Positions 11,056 through 24,385 are shown, numbered from the stretch's first letter. The stretch is 64,000 bases of DNA from Eledone cirrhosa (GCA_964016885.1 OZ024740.1:62744001-62808000), one strand, 5' to 3'. The notes: generated from the letters alone by a model not told the origin. A program made the numbers and translations.

Positions 11056-13950
11056 TTCTTCTGGTTTTATAATTTCACAAATGTTTACCAATAGAGAGGG
11101 AGTCAGTTTCTAACATAGACACAAGACTCTCTCATTGGAATTTACATAACATCAACTAGGTAGATTATGTATGCATGCATGTGTAGATATAGATGTTATT
11201 GTATGTGTGGATGTGTATGTTTTGAGTTGTATGTGTGCATGTGTATATTCTTTGTATCTGTACATGTGTATATGCAGTTATTAGATGCAAAATTTTTGGA
11301 TATTTTACATATTTTTACTGTTCCATTAATGGACTGTACTTGTAATTTCCTAACTAGTTGTGTTCTTTCTGTTCCTGTGAAGCCTAGCTTCTCAAGATTT
11401 GTACTGAGTCAGTTACCATCATACTCCAGTTCCCCAATAATCACAGGCATAAATCTGAAGGTGTAATCAGGGTGGAGTATCTGCAGATTTCTCATCAGTT
11501 CTGCATAAATATTCTCCTTTTCACTAATCTTTGATATTATATTGGCATCTGCTGCGCAGCTAATTTCCACAACTGTGCATGTTTTCTTCTCCCTGTCCTA
11601 TATCATAATATCTGGTCTGTTATGCCTGCATTTTATTGGGGTTTTTACTGGAACATTACACAAGTACTCTTTCATATTATGTATATGGATGTCTTCCACA
11701 TTGCTGTAGCTTTTAATGTGTTTATTATCGGGGCTATCTTTTTTACGAACTGCATTGTACAGTGTTTTGGCCACTACATCATGCCTCACAGGTAGATAGT
11801 ACCGCGATGACATCTTTGGACAGCTGCTGATGACATGGGTGATATCCTCGATGTTAGTTCTGCAGAGTCTGCACTTGCTATCACATCTAGGTGTTTTGCC
11901 TGCATCCCTATCTCTTTTGTGAATCAGGTATTTCGTGTTAATCTCCTGTTCTTGGATTGCAAAAGCGTATCCTTCAAAGTGGGAGCCAATATAGTGGTTG
12001 TTGGTCCAAGATACACTACTTTCCTTATCTATACTACTCTCACTCTGGAGCTTCCTGGCAACATATCCATGCATGATTTTTTGCTGATAAGCATGCAGTT
12101 TTTCATCCACGGATTCACTGCGATACTGCTGAGCGAAATTCCTGGGTGTGAGTTTTTGATTATCACACAGAGAATATATCTCGAGGAGTTCCTTCCCAAC
12201 TCTCATGATCTTATCTGTTTCATGCAGATAGACTTCCTCGAGAAACGGGCTCCTACGCTTCGAGGTTCGTAGATGTTGTCGGAGAGATATGATGCGGAAT
12301 TCAAACGTTGTCTTAACTGATGTTAGGCCTCTGCCTCCCTGCTTACGTTTCAAGTAAAGGCGGTCTATGTCACTGTTGATGTGGAAGTTTCCGGTGTTGT
12401 TTAGTATTTTTCGAGTTCCAACATCAACTGCTCGGATTTCGTCTATCGTCCAATTGAGTATTCCAAACGTCGGTGTTAGGACAGGCACGGCAAACACATT
12501 GTGAGTCACTGTTTTATTTTGCGCAGAGAGTTCCGATGACCAGATCTTTCTTAATCGGGTGTAGTATTCCCTGGTTACGCGTTCTTTATTACAGATACCA
12601 TTATAGGATATGTTCACATCTATCCCCAGGTATCTGTAGCAGTTCTCATCAGATATCGGTGAAACAGTTAGGCCATTGATGACAATGTTGCTAGATTGGG
12701 TTGTTGTTTTTCCCCGCTTTACAGTCATGTATGAGCATTTATCTTGGCCAAACTCCATTCCTATATCCTTTGAGAACGTTGTAACCAGGTCAAGATTTTT
12801 CTTCATCCCATCAATGTCCTTGGCATAGAGTTTCAGATCGTCCACAAAGAAATTATGGGTTAGGTTCGTATTTCTGTCCTCCTGTGAGCCAATGATATAT
12901 CCCTCACATTTCTTGAGCAGAAATGACAAGGGGTTTAATGACAAGATGAATAATATCACCGAGAGCCTGTCCCTCTGAAATATACCCCTGCAATATTTTA
13001 TGTTATCAGTGAAAATAGAGTCCTCCCTCTCTGTCTTTAACCTTAGGATATTAGCCCAAGAAGAAGACAGTCTCTCTATGGCTCTGACAATAATGTCTGG
13101 GACTTTAGCAAGTTGGAGGGCCTCTATCATCCAAGAGTGGGGAACAGAATCGAAAGCTTTCCTGTAGTCCAGCCAGACTGTAGTCATATTCCTCCTAAGT
13201 TGACGCACCTCCGACATCGCAGTTTTGTTGATTAGGAGTTGTTCAGCACATCCCCAAACCCCTTTCTTTCCAGCTGCTTGTTCATCTGTGATGATGTTAT
13301 TATTTTCACAGTGATCTTGGAGGAATAGGTTCATGCAGGCTGTATGCATCTTATACATCAGGTTCTGGCATGCAATGGGTCGGTAGTTTTTTGCCAAGTG
13401 GGTGTCTTTGTTCTTGGGGACCAGTAACGTTTGTGCTAATGTCAACCATTCTGGTATAAGTGTATCTCTCTTAAGAACTTGTTGGTATAGGTCAGTAAGA
13501 TACCTCCGATAGAATATCAGTTTTTTGTACCATTCGCCGAGAATCATGTCTCTTCCTGGTGTTTTCTTATCTTGGAGTTTTCCTATCACAGTATCAAGAG
13601 TACCATCACTTATTTCGTATGTTTTTGTTGTAGTGTAGGGGCAATAGTTCTTTCGGATTTCTCTTAGCTACATTGCATCTTGGTTGAAATTCTTCTTTTC
13701 ACCCGATATTTTGCTCCAAAAGGAATCTATGTCTTTCTGGGATGGGGCCTCAGTGACACTTATTATCTTGTTCTTCATATCTTTATAGACTGATGTTTAG
13801 TTTCGTCTGAATCTTTTATTAAGCACTTTTCTCTCATCTACCTTCTTCAGGTATCGGCGTTTTTCGCTAACAGCTCTCAATTCTTGTTTGAGGGTGATCA
13901 GCTTATATTGAAGAGTTCTGGTTCTACTGTTACCAAACATCGTCTCTATT
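11056..13950 (-). mobile_element. R4/Dong-type non-LTR retrotransposon (family A), 5'-truncated
   Basis: RT plus CCHC knuckle and RHD/RPD-type endonuclease; 3' UTR ends at (TACA)n. Confidence 0.9.
11281..13589 (-). pseudogene. R4/Dong ORF: reverse transcriptase + zinc knuckle + REL endonuclease, premature stop at ~11598
   Basis: 663-aa ORF with NYRPIAC, WLDYRKAFDSVPH, GIFQRDRLS (degenerate QGDSLS), FFVDDLKLY, GGRGL, CRLCRTNIEDITHVISSC, RHD, RPDI. Confidence 0.9.
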
Positions 13951-14376
13951 TTATTTTTCACTAATATTTGATATTATATTGGCATCTGCTGGGCAGCTAA
14001 CTTCCACTACCGTGCATGCCTTCTTTTCCCTGTCCCATATCATAATATCTGGTCTCTTATGCATGCATTTTATTGGGGTTTTTACTGGAAAATTCCACCA
14101 GTACTCTTTCATATTATGTATATATATGTCTTCCACATTGCTGTAGCTGTTAATGTGTTTATTATCGGGGCTATCTTTCTAACGGATTGCATTGTACAGT
14201 GTTTTGGCCACTACATCATGTCTCATAGGTAGATAGTAACGCGATGATATGTTTGGACAGCTGCTGATGACATCGGTGACATCTTCGATGTTAATTCTGC
14301 AGACTCTGCACTTGTTATCACAACTAGGTGTTTTGCCTGCATCTTTTGTGAATCAGGTATTTCGTGTTGATTTCCT
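13951..14376 (-). mobile_element. R4/Dong family A internal fragment
   Basis: Diverged copy of ~11515-11945 (YWWNFPVKTPIKCMHKRPDIMIWD). Confidence 0.8.
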
Positions 14377-14389
14377 ATGTATGTTATCT

Positions 14390-14796
14390 CTTTCTCTTAA
14401 TTTCGAGTATATGTTTTTTGACCTGCCACCTTCCTGGTGGCAAGGTTGTAAAAGAAAAGAAATTGTCATCTCTTGAATTGCAAGAATGTTTTGCAAATTT
14501 TGAAGGTACCAGCTCTCGCAGCCATTTGTAGACTATGAATTAGGGAGCTGCGCTCTTTGTCCGCAAATCCAAGTTCAGTCATACTTTGGTCCAAATGGGT
14601 TGGTATATAACCCGTAGCTCCAATAATGATGGGTATGAAGCTAAAGGTGTATCTTGGATACTGGATTTGCAAACTCCTCATCAATAGTCCGTAGATGTCC
14701 TTCTGTATTTTTCTGACAGCGTTTACATCTGGGCAGCTGCTCTCCACAACAGAACACGTTTTCAATGTGTGGTCCCAAACAACAATATCAGGCCGT
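14390..14796 (-). mobile_element. R4/Dong family B 3' fragment
   Basis: Matches ~9620-10035; flanked by TATG repeats on both sides. Confidence 0.8.
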
Positions 14797-14854
14797 ATGT
14801 ATGTATGTATGTATGTATGTATGTATGTATGTATGTATGTATGTATGTATGTGT

Positions 14855-15460
14855 CAGGTCACCAGTTGGTGCTACTGGTAACATGTATCCCAGTACAACC
14901 TGTCTCATGGTCGGGTCGTTGGCGACTAAACTGGCAACCCCACCAAGGTTTCTTGGTGAGGAGGGTGACTTTGGACATCCTGCAGGACTAAAAACGAAAC
15001 CTGTCAAAGGGCAAAGGAGCTCTTAAGAGTCAATGGCCATCCAAAATCACCGGGAGAGATGACCCCTTAGCCTTTGTCAAGGCAGAATTCTAGGAGAAGG
15101 AAAACTCTGATATAACACCTGCAACCCTGATGGTATCCAATGATGTTGACTTGTTCTTCTTTTTGGTAAATATCATCTTGGTTAAGAGAGTGGGACTGGC
15201 TTTGTGCAATGCCTTTGCTCACTATAAAAGCTTCCCGGCACAGGCATTGCTTTATATCTGGAGATCTCTCTGCACTTGTCATCACATGGTACCATGGGCC
15301 CAGCACTGTGTGTCAATAATTGTCACAGGTGTAGTGTTTGTACCAGAGTTTTCAAGTCGCTGGCTGGACTAAAAAGTCACACTCGTTCAGCGCATCGGTA
15401 GGGGTTCTCCTACATGGATATAAAGTAGTGGCCGTACTCGAAAACGAGTTGGCAGCCACC
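14855..15460 (+). mobile_element. Longest (~606 bp) non-autonomous RTE-derived bipartite element
   Basis: 5' part has the RTE 5'-UTR-type motif TCTAGGAGAAGGAAAACTCTGA; 3' part encodes an RTE-type terminal C2H2 finger (HRCSVCTRVFKSLAGLKSHTRSAHR*), then a CTCG-AAAA-CGAG hairpin and (ATGT)n tail. Confidence 0.7.
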
Positions 15461-15510
15461 ATGTATGTATGTATGTATGTATGTATGTATGTATGTATGT
15501 ATGTATGTAT

Positions 15511-16612
15511 GTTCTTCTGGTTTTATAATTTCACAAAGTTTTACCAATAGAGAGAGAGTCGGTTTCTAACATAGACACAAGACTCTCTCATTGGAATTTA
15601 CACAACATCAACTAGGTAGATATGTATGTATGTCTGCATGCATGCATATGTAGATATGGATGTTATTGTATGTGTGGATGTGTATGTTTTGAGTTGTATG
15701 TGTGCATGTGTATAAGCTTTGTATCTGTACATGTGTATATGCAGTTATTAGATGCAAAATATTTGGAATGTTTTACATATTTTTACTGTTCCATTAATGG
15801 ATTGTACTTGTAATTTCCTAACTAGTTGTGTTCTTTCTGTTCCTGTGAAGCCTAGCTTCTCAAGATTTGTATTGAGGCAGTTACTAACATATCCCAGTGC
15901 CCCAATAATCGCAGGCATAAATCTGAAGGTGTAATCAGGGTTGAGTATCTGCAGATTTCTCATCAGTTCTGCATAAATGTTCTCCTTTTCACTAATCTTT
16001 GATATTATATTGGCATCTGCTGGGCAGCTAATTTTCACTACTGTGCATGTTTTCTTCTCCCTGTCCCATATCATAATATCTGGTCTGTTATGCATGCATT
16101 TTATTGGGGTTTTTACTGGAACATTCCACCAGTACTCTTTCATATTATGTACATGGATGTCTTCCACATTGTTGTAGCTTTTAATGTGTTTGTTATCGGG
16201 GCTATCTTTTTTACGAACTGCATTGTACAGTGTTTTGGCCACCACATCATGCCTCATAGGTAGATAGTACCGCGATGACATCTTTGGACAGCTGCTGATG
16301 ACATGGGTGATATCCTCGATGTTAGTTCTGCAGAGTCTGCACTTGTTATCACATCTAGGTGTTTTGCCTGCATCCCTATCTCTTTTGTGAATCAGGTATT
16401 TCGTGCTAATCTCCTTTCTTGGATTGCAAAAGCGTATCCTTCAAAGTGGGAGCCAATATACCGGTTGTTGGTCCAAGATAGACTACTTTCCTTATCTATA
16501 TTACTCTCACTCTGGAGCCTCCTGGCAACATAACCATGCATTTTTTTTTGCTGATAGGCATGCAGTTTTTCATCCATGGATTCACTGCGATACTGCTGAG
16601 CGACATCCCTGG
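15511..16612 (-). mobile_element. R4/Dong family A 3' fragment
   Basis: ORF 15748-16281 is the endonuclease; same 3' UTR as 11056; (TATG)n on both sides. Confidence 0.85.
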
Positions 16613-16686
16613 GTATGTATGTATGTATGTATGTATGTATGTATGTATGTATGTATGTATGTATGTATGTATGTATGTATGTATGT

Positions 16687-16822
16687 ATAGGAAAAAGTAT
16701 GACCTCGACGGGAGAGCTCTGCTGTCGGGATCACACTTTTTCCTATTTCCCACTCTACTACCCTAAGTATTGAGTACTCTGGTGCGTTATGGTCCATCTG
16801 GTTCTTTACCACATTTCCTCTG

Positions 16823-16824
<2 letters not shown>
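16687..16824. mobile_element. Short two-armed inverted insertion, family B
   Basis: ataggaaaaagtatgacc... arm inverted against ...acttttttcctat...gttcYttaccacatttcc; other copies at 23078-23264, 23892-23987, 36421-36514, 36776-36969, 42981-43123. Confidence 0.75.
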
Positions 16825-16887
<63 letters not shown>

Positions 16888-16901
16888 CATACATACATAA
16901 A

Positions 16902-17086
16902 CACTCCGTCGGTTACGACGACGATTTCTCCTGTTGATATGATAAACGAAATAGTATGCTCGTGAAATGAACTTGCAAGTGACTGAGCATTCCACAGACA
17001 CACGAACCCCTAAAGCAGTTCTCAGAATGTGACAAGACTGGCTCTTCGAATTACATGTACAATTTATTTTTGCCAGTTGAGTGAAC
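16902..17086 (-). mobile_element. CORE-type SINE 3' half
   Basis: Reverse complement aligns with the 3' part of 21418-21737. Confidence 0.65.
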
Positions 17087-17235
17087 ACGAGGATGAGTGC
17101 TTAATACCGATGTATTGTCTAAATATTCTTTTTTATGGCTAAGTGATGAGTCTTGTTACTCTGGAGATTCCCCAGTGTATTCACAGGATTATAACAGTGT
17201 ATATCAAAAGATCTGAAATAAAGTTAATCAGATGT

Positions 17236-17424
17236 AATTGTTTCTACTTTTGGCACAAGGCCAGCAATTATCCAGTGCATTACTGGTACTTTTTTTTATC
17301 GACCCTGTAAAGATAAAAGGCAAAGTTAACCTCGGTGAGATTTGAACTCAGAATGGCAAAGGCCGTAACTCTATGCGTCAAAGTATGGCATCCGACCCTC
17401 TATCCATGCTGCCAATCCACCGCC
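17236..17424 (-). mobile_element. tRNA-derived SINE with Meta-like central domain
   Basis: A box TGGCAGCATGG, B box GAGTTCAAATC, TTTGCCTTT..ATC..GGGTCGATAAA..GTACCAG; near-identical copy at 47747-47935, partial copy at 29387-29495. Confidence 0.85.
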
Positions 17425-17430
17425 ATATTA

Positions 17431-17575
17431 GATTCGGGGCCCCCGGACGATGGAATCCCGGGGCCGCAATGTGCGTTCGCGGTGTCGATGTTCATTGAGT
17501 CCTGCAATTCGCATCAGTTCACGCGGATAGCCGCGCTCTTCATCGACGGACGAGCCGAGTGATCAGCCGCCCAGA
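17431..17575 (-). rRNA. Solitary 5.8S rRNA copy (probable retropseudogene)
   Basis: Reverse complement contains GATCACTCGGCTCGT.CGTCGATGAAGA.CGC, GAATTGCAGGAC, GAACATCGAC, CGAACGCACATTGCGGCCCCGGG; no ITS, 18S or 28S flanks. Confidence 0.9.
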
Positions 17576-18008
17576 TATAATGACAGCTTTTAAGCATAAG
17601 TGTCACTATGGAAATATACTAGTGCGAGAACACTTTTGTTCTCTTCCCCCACAGGAAAAAAACGCCGTTTAAAGCTAGTTGACTTTTCATCAGAAGACAA
17701 ACGACTCTTTATCCGAGGCAAAGTTAACTACCTTTGAAACGTGTAAGATTATTTTACCCTAACTTCAGCCTTCTTTTCTCACAACCTGAAATTTGAATTA
17801 GTTACTAATAATTAAATATACAATGCATATATCTATCCCTTGCTGCCATTGTCCGTTACTTTTGCTTTCTCAACCTTCAAAGAACCCGATGGTGTGCCAC
17901 ATCGAAAGTCTCAACGTATTTTTATAGAAAGGTCTGCAGCCTACGCAGTTTTTTAAACACGCGAGAAGTTTGGAACATAGTGATCGCGTAAGAAGCGAGC
18001 CTTCTCTA

Positions 18009-18444
18009 TCTAAACTATAATAAAGTAAGGTGTGCGGGACTGCATCCAGGATATATTATTTTTATCCCGTTTGTAAAATAAGTTGGATTACTTTGAATAA
18101 ATAATGAATGAATATTACATAATTCATCTAATAAATTTCGTGGCTGTTCATTAAATATATTTTATTACTTATTTAATGATTCACTTCTTTAAAATTTTCA
18201 AATGTTAACACTTCCGGTCACTAATTTTCTCATAATAATATCGTCTTTTTTTTAATGTATCGTGGATTACGTTACTGATTATATAAGAGAGTGTAGCGCA
18301 GTCTTCGTTCAATTTCTGTGTATATTGTCAATTACGATTTTATTTGATGTATCATATCTACATGCATATATACTTGCGTATAACATCAATATGCACACTA
18401 CACATTCTAGCAGAAAACCACCCGAAGGGTGGTTTTTCTGCTAG
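18009..18444 (+). mobile_element. Non-autonomous Helitron-like element
   Basis: 5' A|TCTAAACTATAATAAAG; 3' hairpin CCACCCGAAGGGTGG followed by TTTTTCTG-CTAG; both ends homologous to 58774-61299. Confidence 0.7.
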
Positions 18445-18677
18445 GATATTTAATTAACTGTAATCCTCTAAAATTACGGTTAGATACCACTGGCTCTTTG
18501 TTTTTTTTTTACCAGAGTTAATCAATTAAATATCGATGTTTTTCTCATTTATGGTGAAATTAATGAATGAAAATGTCTTGATGTACTCCAAACACATTAG
18601 ACCCATCTTTACTACTAAAGTTGCATGCAACAGGCGTACCTGGGTTATTTATATATCTATATATATTCGATAAATTC

Positions 18678-18825
<148 letters not shown>

Positions 18826-18943
18826 AAATATATAGATTTACATATACATAAACTAGACAGAGCCATAGATATATATATATATGTGTTTTTGGCAACCATT
18901 CACGGTGTGGTTCAATGACGAATTAATTAATTTAATAATCAAC

Positions 18944-19693
18944 AATCAGAGCATAATTAACCACACAAAAAAATCAATTAAACAAGGCTATAAGTTTAAA
19001 AAGCACCTATGAAGAAACAATAGATAAATAAATGATAGCTATTTTATCCGCGATCAACCGCCACAGAAGATTTACCTAGTATTTCTAATAGCCCATAGAA
19101 ATCGATTAGATATATAGCCAACCATACACAATTAGGTACAAAATCAAAGTTAGAAGAAAAAATGTATATAAACATACCAAAATTATGACTCTACCCCATG
19201 AGTTTTCATTCGCTTTTTGTAAAAATCCGATCATGGATAAATTCACGAGTTTCGAAATCATCAGGAAACAAACTCAATTGGACAAAGATTTTTCTTAAAT
19301 GATCCCCGCCAGAAACGAATTCAAAATGGCTAAGAACTGGCTAAGAAATGGCTAATCTTTGTCCAATTGAGTTTGTTTCCTAATGATTTCGAAACTCGTG
19401 AATTTATCCATGATCGGATATTTCCAAAAAGCGACTCTACTCATGGGGTAGAGACATAATTTTGGTATGTTTATATACATTTTTCCTTCTAACTTTGATT
19501 TTGTACCTAATTGTGTATGGTTGGCTATATATCTAATCAGTTTCTACGGGCTATTAGAAATACTAGGTAAATCTGTGGCTGTTTATCGCGGATAAAATAG
19601 CTATCATTTATTTATCTATTGTTTCTTCATAGGTGCTTTTTAAACTTATAGCCTTGTTTAATTGATTTTTTGTGTGGTTAATTATGCTGATTG
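18944..19693. mobile_element. Two-armed inverted repeat (~340-bp arms, ~60-bp spacer), family F
   Basis: 18944-19290 is the reverse complement of 19354-19693. Confidence 0.85.
19186..19270 (-). ncRNA. Atypical hammerhead candidate (4-nt stem II linker, long stem III)
   Basis: tgtttc CTGATGA tttc GAAA ctcgtga...tcatgggg TA gagtca. Confidence 0.45.
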
Positions 19694-19773
19694 GGAGAGG
19701 AAATACTGTATATATTTTATCAAATGATTCTATGGACTTACTTTCTTATATTGGACTTACTTTCTTATATATA

Positions 19774-20065
<292 letters not shown>

Positions 20066-20069
20066 GTAG

Positions 20070-20123
<54 letters not shown>

Positions 20124-20560
20124 CGTAGGGAAAGGAAACTATGTTTCGCAAAAAAACTGACAGAACGTCACCATGCAATGGGACGTATGTTTGGTCTTTT
20201 GCAATATAGTAATAACTGCAGACATGTTGACAGAAAGTTCTTAATCCACTTAGAATAGTAATCAGAAATAACTCACATCTTTCTTTCTTTCCTTCTTGCT
20301 TTTGTTTTTTCTTTCCTTCTTTCTTTCATTCTTTTTTCTTTCTATCTTTCATTCATTCATTTATTCTTTCTTTCTTTCTTTCTTTTTCCTTTCTCTCTCT
20401 TTTATATCTTTCAAGCAAATCTCTTTTCTCAACGTTTCATGAGATGTTACTTCAGATCACACATCGCCAATTCCACTTCATAGAATACATAATGATTGCA
20501 GCGATTAAGACTATATCTTGTCTGCACCCGCTGAACTTGTTTCGTTTATATTTTAAAGAG

Positions 20561-20627
<67 letters not shown>

Positions 20628-20862
20628 GCAAGAGAGAATTTCTAACAGTTTTCTTCCTCATTCACTTCAACCTAAATTTTGTTCTATATTTCGAGTTTTT
20701 ATTGATTCTCAGTCGCTTGTTTTTTCTTCCTGTTCCAATAACTATAATTATGCAAATCTAAATATCTAGCTTTATGTCAAATAAAGAAACTAAAAGTGGG
20801 GAAGAGATGTTGAAAACTCTGTTTATAAGTAAGTATGTTTTGAAACAGTGAACAGGTTTGAA

Positions 20863-21042
20863 ATTAGAAAATAGAATAGCTTTCACCGTATTTTAGACTA
20901 AAGAAATTTTAGCCTGATAATGGGGTTTAGAACCCTCAAATAAATGGAAAAAGATGAGTATTGACGTATATGGTGTACGTCAATACCAGGCTAAAATGTC
21001 TTTAGTCTAAAATACGGTGAAAGCTATTCTATTTCCTATTTC
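20863..21042. repeat. ~55-bp inverted repeat pair
   Basis: atagaatagctttcaccgtattttagactaaaga.attttagcctg versus caggctaaaat.tctttagtctaaaatacggtgaaagctattctat. Confidence 0.8.
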
Positions 21043-21417
21043 TGTTTATAAGATTTGAGGCTAAAATAAATATTCGATAATAAGAATATAGAATGTGGTT
21101 AACTTACAGCAGATTTTGTTTTTCTTCATTTATAAACTCATATTTTATTTTTAGCTATGAGTTTCATTAATTAAATAGATTTGTTGGTTTTAAATGATGA
21201 TGGACAAGAAGAACGAATATAAGCCGCGAAGAAGTATTTTAGGAAACTAAACATCAAATCAAATAATCAATCATTACTTGTCTCAAGACGCGAAAAATAC
21301 AGCAAAAAATGTTTGATTGTCGATCAAATATTTTTGATGAATACATACAAGCGCGTACGCCCACGCACACACATACACACACCCACACACATTTATAGCT
21401 ATATATGTGTGTGTTGT

Positions 21418-21737
21418 GAAGTCGCGTAGCTTTGTGGTTATGGTATTCGGCTCACAATCGTAACGTCGGGAGTTCGATTCCCTGCGGTGCGTTGTGTTCT
21501 TCAGCAAGACACTTTATTTCATGTTTCTCCGGTCCACTCAGCTGGCAAAAATGAGTTGTATCTGTAATTCGAAGGGCCAGCCTTATCATATTCTGTGTCA
21601 CGTTGAATCTTCCTGAGAACTACGTTAAAGGTACGCGTGCCTGTGGAATGCTCAGCCACTTGCACTTTAATTTCACGAGCAGGTTGTTCCATTGATCAAT
21701 CAACTGGAACACTCATCGTCGTAATTGACGGAGTGTC
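21418..21737 (+). mobile_element. tRNA-derived CORE-type SINE
   Basis: A box TAGCTTTGTGG, B box GAGTTCGATTC, CORE-like GTGTTCTTCAGCAAGACACTTTATTTCA; head fragment also at ~58600-58725 (-). Confidence 0.8.
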
Positions 21738-22982
21738 AGTATGTATGCGTGTGCCTGAAAGCATGACAATTAGTTGGAAGGGATAAATAAGCAGATTACT
21801 ACCAGTGTATTTAAATGCAAAAGTAGATGATGGTTTATTAGAAGTAATGCCTAGAGATATGAATAATTCAATAATGTTTAGTAAATATAAAATATAGCCT
21901 CCTTTTAACAAGTCACGAAGCAGAATTTAATGATAGAAAGAAATCCACCTCAGTATATTAATGGTATTTATTTAAAATAGCACGGGAAAGACAAAAGCAA
22001 AGACAAACGCTCCGAGATTTGAACTCAGATTGTCTAGGACGAAAACTTATCGAAAGGAATTCTAGCTCGGCACACTACATTGGCCGACATCTTACTACCT
22101 TCAATCGTGAACTGGGAGAAAGGATAGAGCTTCAAATGAAATAGTTTGCGGTATTTAATTACGGCCCTTTAAGTTCTAATTTGAAATTTCACCCTAGTCG
22201 GCTTTGAATTTAATGAGTCCGATGGAGAAACAAATGAAGAACAAGTTACCAAAAAAACTAGATAAAAATCAAGTATATGTCAAGAACTAGTCTCGATCTT
22301 AATTAACTATATAACTTTCTTCTAAATTTGAAAGCTTGTGCCTATATAAGCGTAGGCGATAGATTTGCGGAATCGTTAGGTCGTCGGATAAAGTGCTTCG
22401 TGGTGTTTGTTCAGGCTAACTACATTCTGATTTCAAATTCTACCGTGGTCAACTTTGCTTTTTTATTCTTTCGAGCAGTGAGTCTGATCCTTCTTTTTGT
22501 TTCTTTCTCTTTCTCACTAATTCACCTTTTCTTTGTCTGAAAATAATGAGGGGAATGGGTTCCATCAGGATATAAAAAAGATCTAAGAAACGCCACTACA
22601 GCTCCATTAGGAATTTAGGGACCATGTCATAGCAAGATACTTAAGGAATGAATATTGCATTCATTTGACAGGATACAAATGTCTTATATTTGGAGGATAG
22701 AGTGAATTAGGATAACCAGGAATGGGGAAGATCTTTATCCTGGGAGACCACTTTGAAATTAGTGGGATGTAGATCAATGAGATGTAAACAGAGAGGCAAT
22801 CATTTTAAGAAAGGTTGAAAAAAGTAGAATTTTTAAAGGATGTTAGCCTATTGTAAGTTGGTACAACACAGGTTTAACTATAAAAGTCGAAAATAATTTG
22901 TATAAATAAGCTCTACATAATATAGTTGTATTGAGCTACTTTTAAGGTGTAAAATGACTGAAATAATTTTATTTTAGTCTAT

Positions 22983-23079
<97 letters not shown>

Positions 23080-23261
23080 CGAAGGAAATGTGGTAAGGAA
23101 CCAGGTGGACCATAACGCACCAAAGTACTCAATACTTAGGGTAGTAGAGTGGGTAATAGGAACGAGTAGGACCCGACGGCTGAGCTCAAGCCGTTTCGAC
23201 GGCTAATTCTGGACTAAAATCTTTTTAGTCCAGAATTAGCCGTCGGGGTCCTACTCATTCC

Positions 23262-23320
<59 letters not shown>

Positions 23321-23584
23321 GAGAGAGAGAGATAATTTAATATATCAACTAACATAAGCGCACAGATGCACGTCCATGCCAGCAAATACACAGGTTATGT
23401 CATAGTACCTAGGTGGTTCAATGCAGGAGGATGCAGAACAATAATATAAAAGACGTAAAATAAGAAAATATCTTTTTAAAAAATTTTAAAAAATTTTTTT
23501 ACTTACTTACTTACTTAAGTAAATTTAAGTAAGTAAGTAAAAAATTTTTTTTAATTTTTTAAAAAGATATTTTCTTATTTTACG

Positions 23585-23628
<44 letters not shown>

Positions 23629-23821
23629 ATACTTTGGGAGGGTCATGTTGCCAATAAGAAACACACGCACCAGCTGCTTTCACTTCAATTTATTATATAT
23701 TTATAAATTTATAAATTTACAAATCTACAAACTTATAAATTTCTGGTTGGTTCAAAGTATAACAATATCGGTTTCAACACACGATTTCAGATAAAGAATC
23801 TTGCTAAACAAATTCAGAAAC

Positions 23822-23891
<70 letters not shown>

Positions 23892-23896
<5 letters not shown>

Positions 23897-24025
23897 AACG
23901 AGTAGGACCCCGACGGCTAATTCTGGACTAAAAAGATTTTAGTCCAGAATTAGCCGTCGAAACGGCTTGAGCTCAGCCGTCGGGTCCGTGTGTTTCTTAT
24001 TGGCAACATGACCCTCCCAAAGTAT

Positions 24026-24117
<92 letters not shown>

Positions 24118-24385
24118 CGTAAAATAAGAAAATATCTTTTTAAAAACTAAAAAAAAATTTTTTACTTACTTACTTAAATTTACTTAAGTAAGTAAGTAAG
24201 TAAAAAGTTTTTTTAAAATTTTTTAAAAATATATTTTCTTATTTTACGTCTTTTATATTATTGTTCTGCATCCTCCTGCATTGAACCACCTAGGTACTAT
24301 GACATAACCTGTGTATTTGCTGGCATGGACGTGCATCTGTGCGCTTATGTTAGTTGATATATTAAATTATCTCTCTCTCTCTCTC

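Noticed and set aside
14855-14990. Canonical HDV-like or twister ribozyme call
   Set aside because: A P1-like pairing exists, but P3/L3/P1.1 or the twister pseudoknots could not be placed
17660-17700. CTGATGA with a small stem on the minus strand
   Set aside because: GAAA is missing its G and there is no stem I pairing
21418-21490. tRNA gene
   Set aside because: A/B boxes continue into a SINE body; no complete cloverleaf
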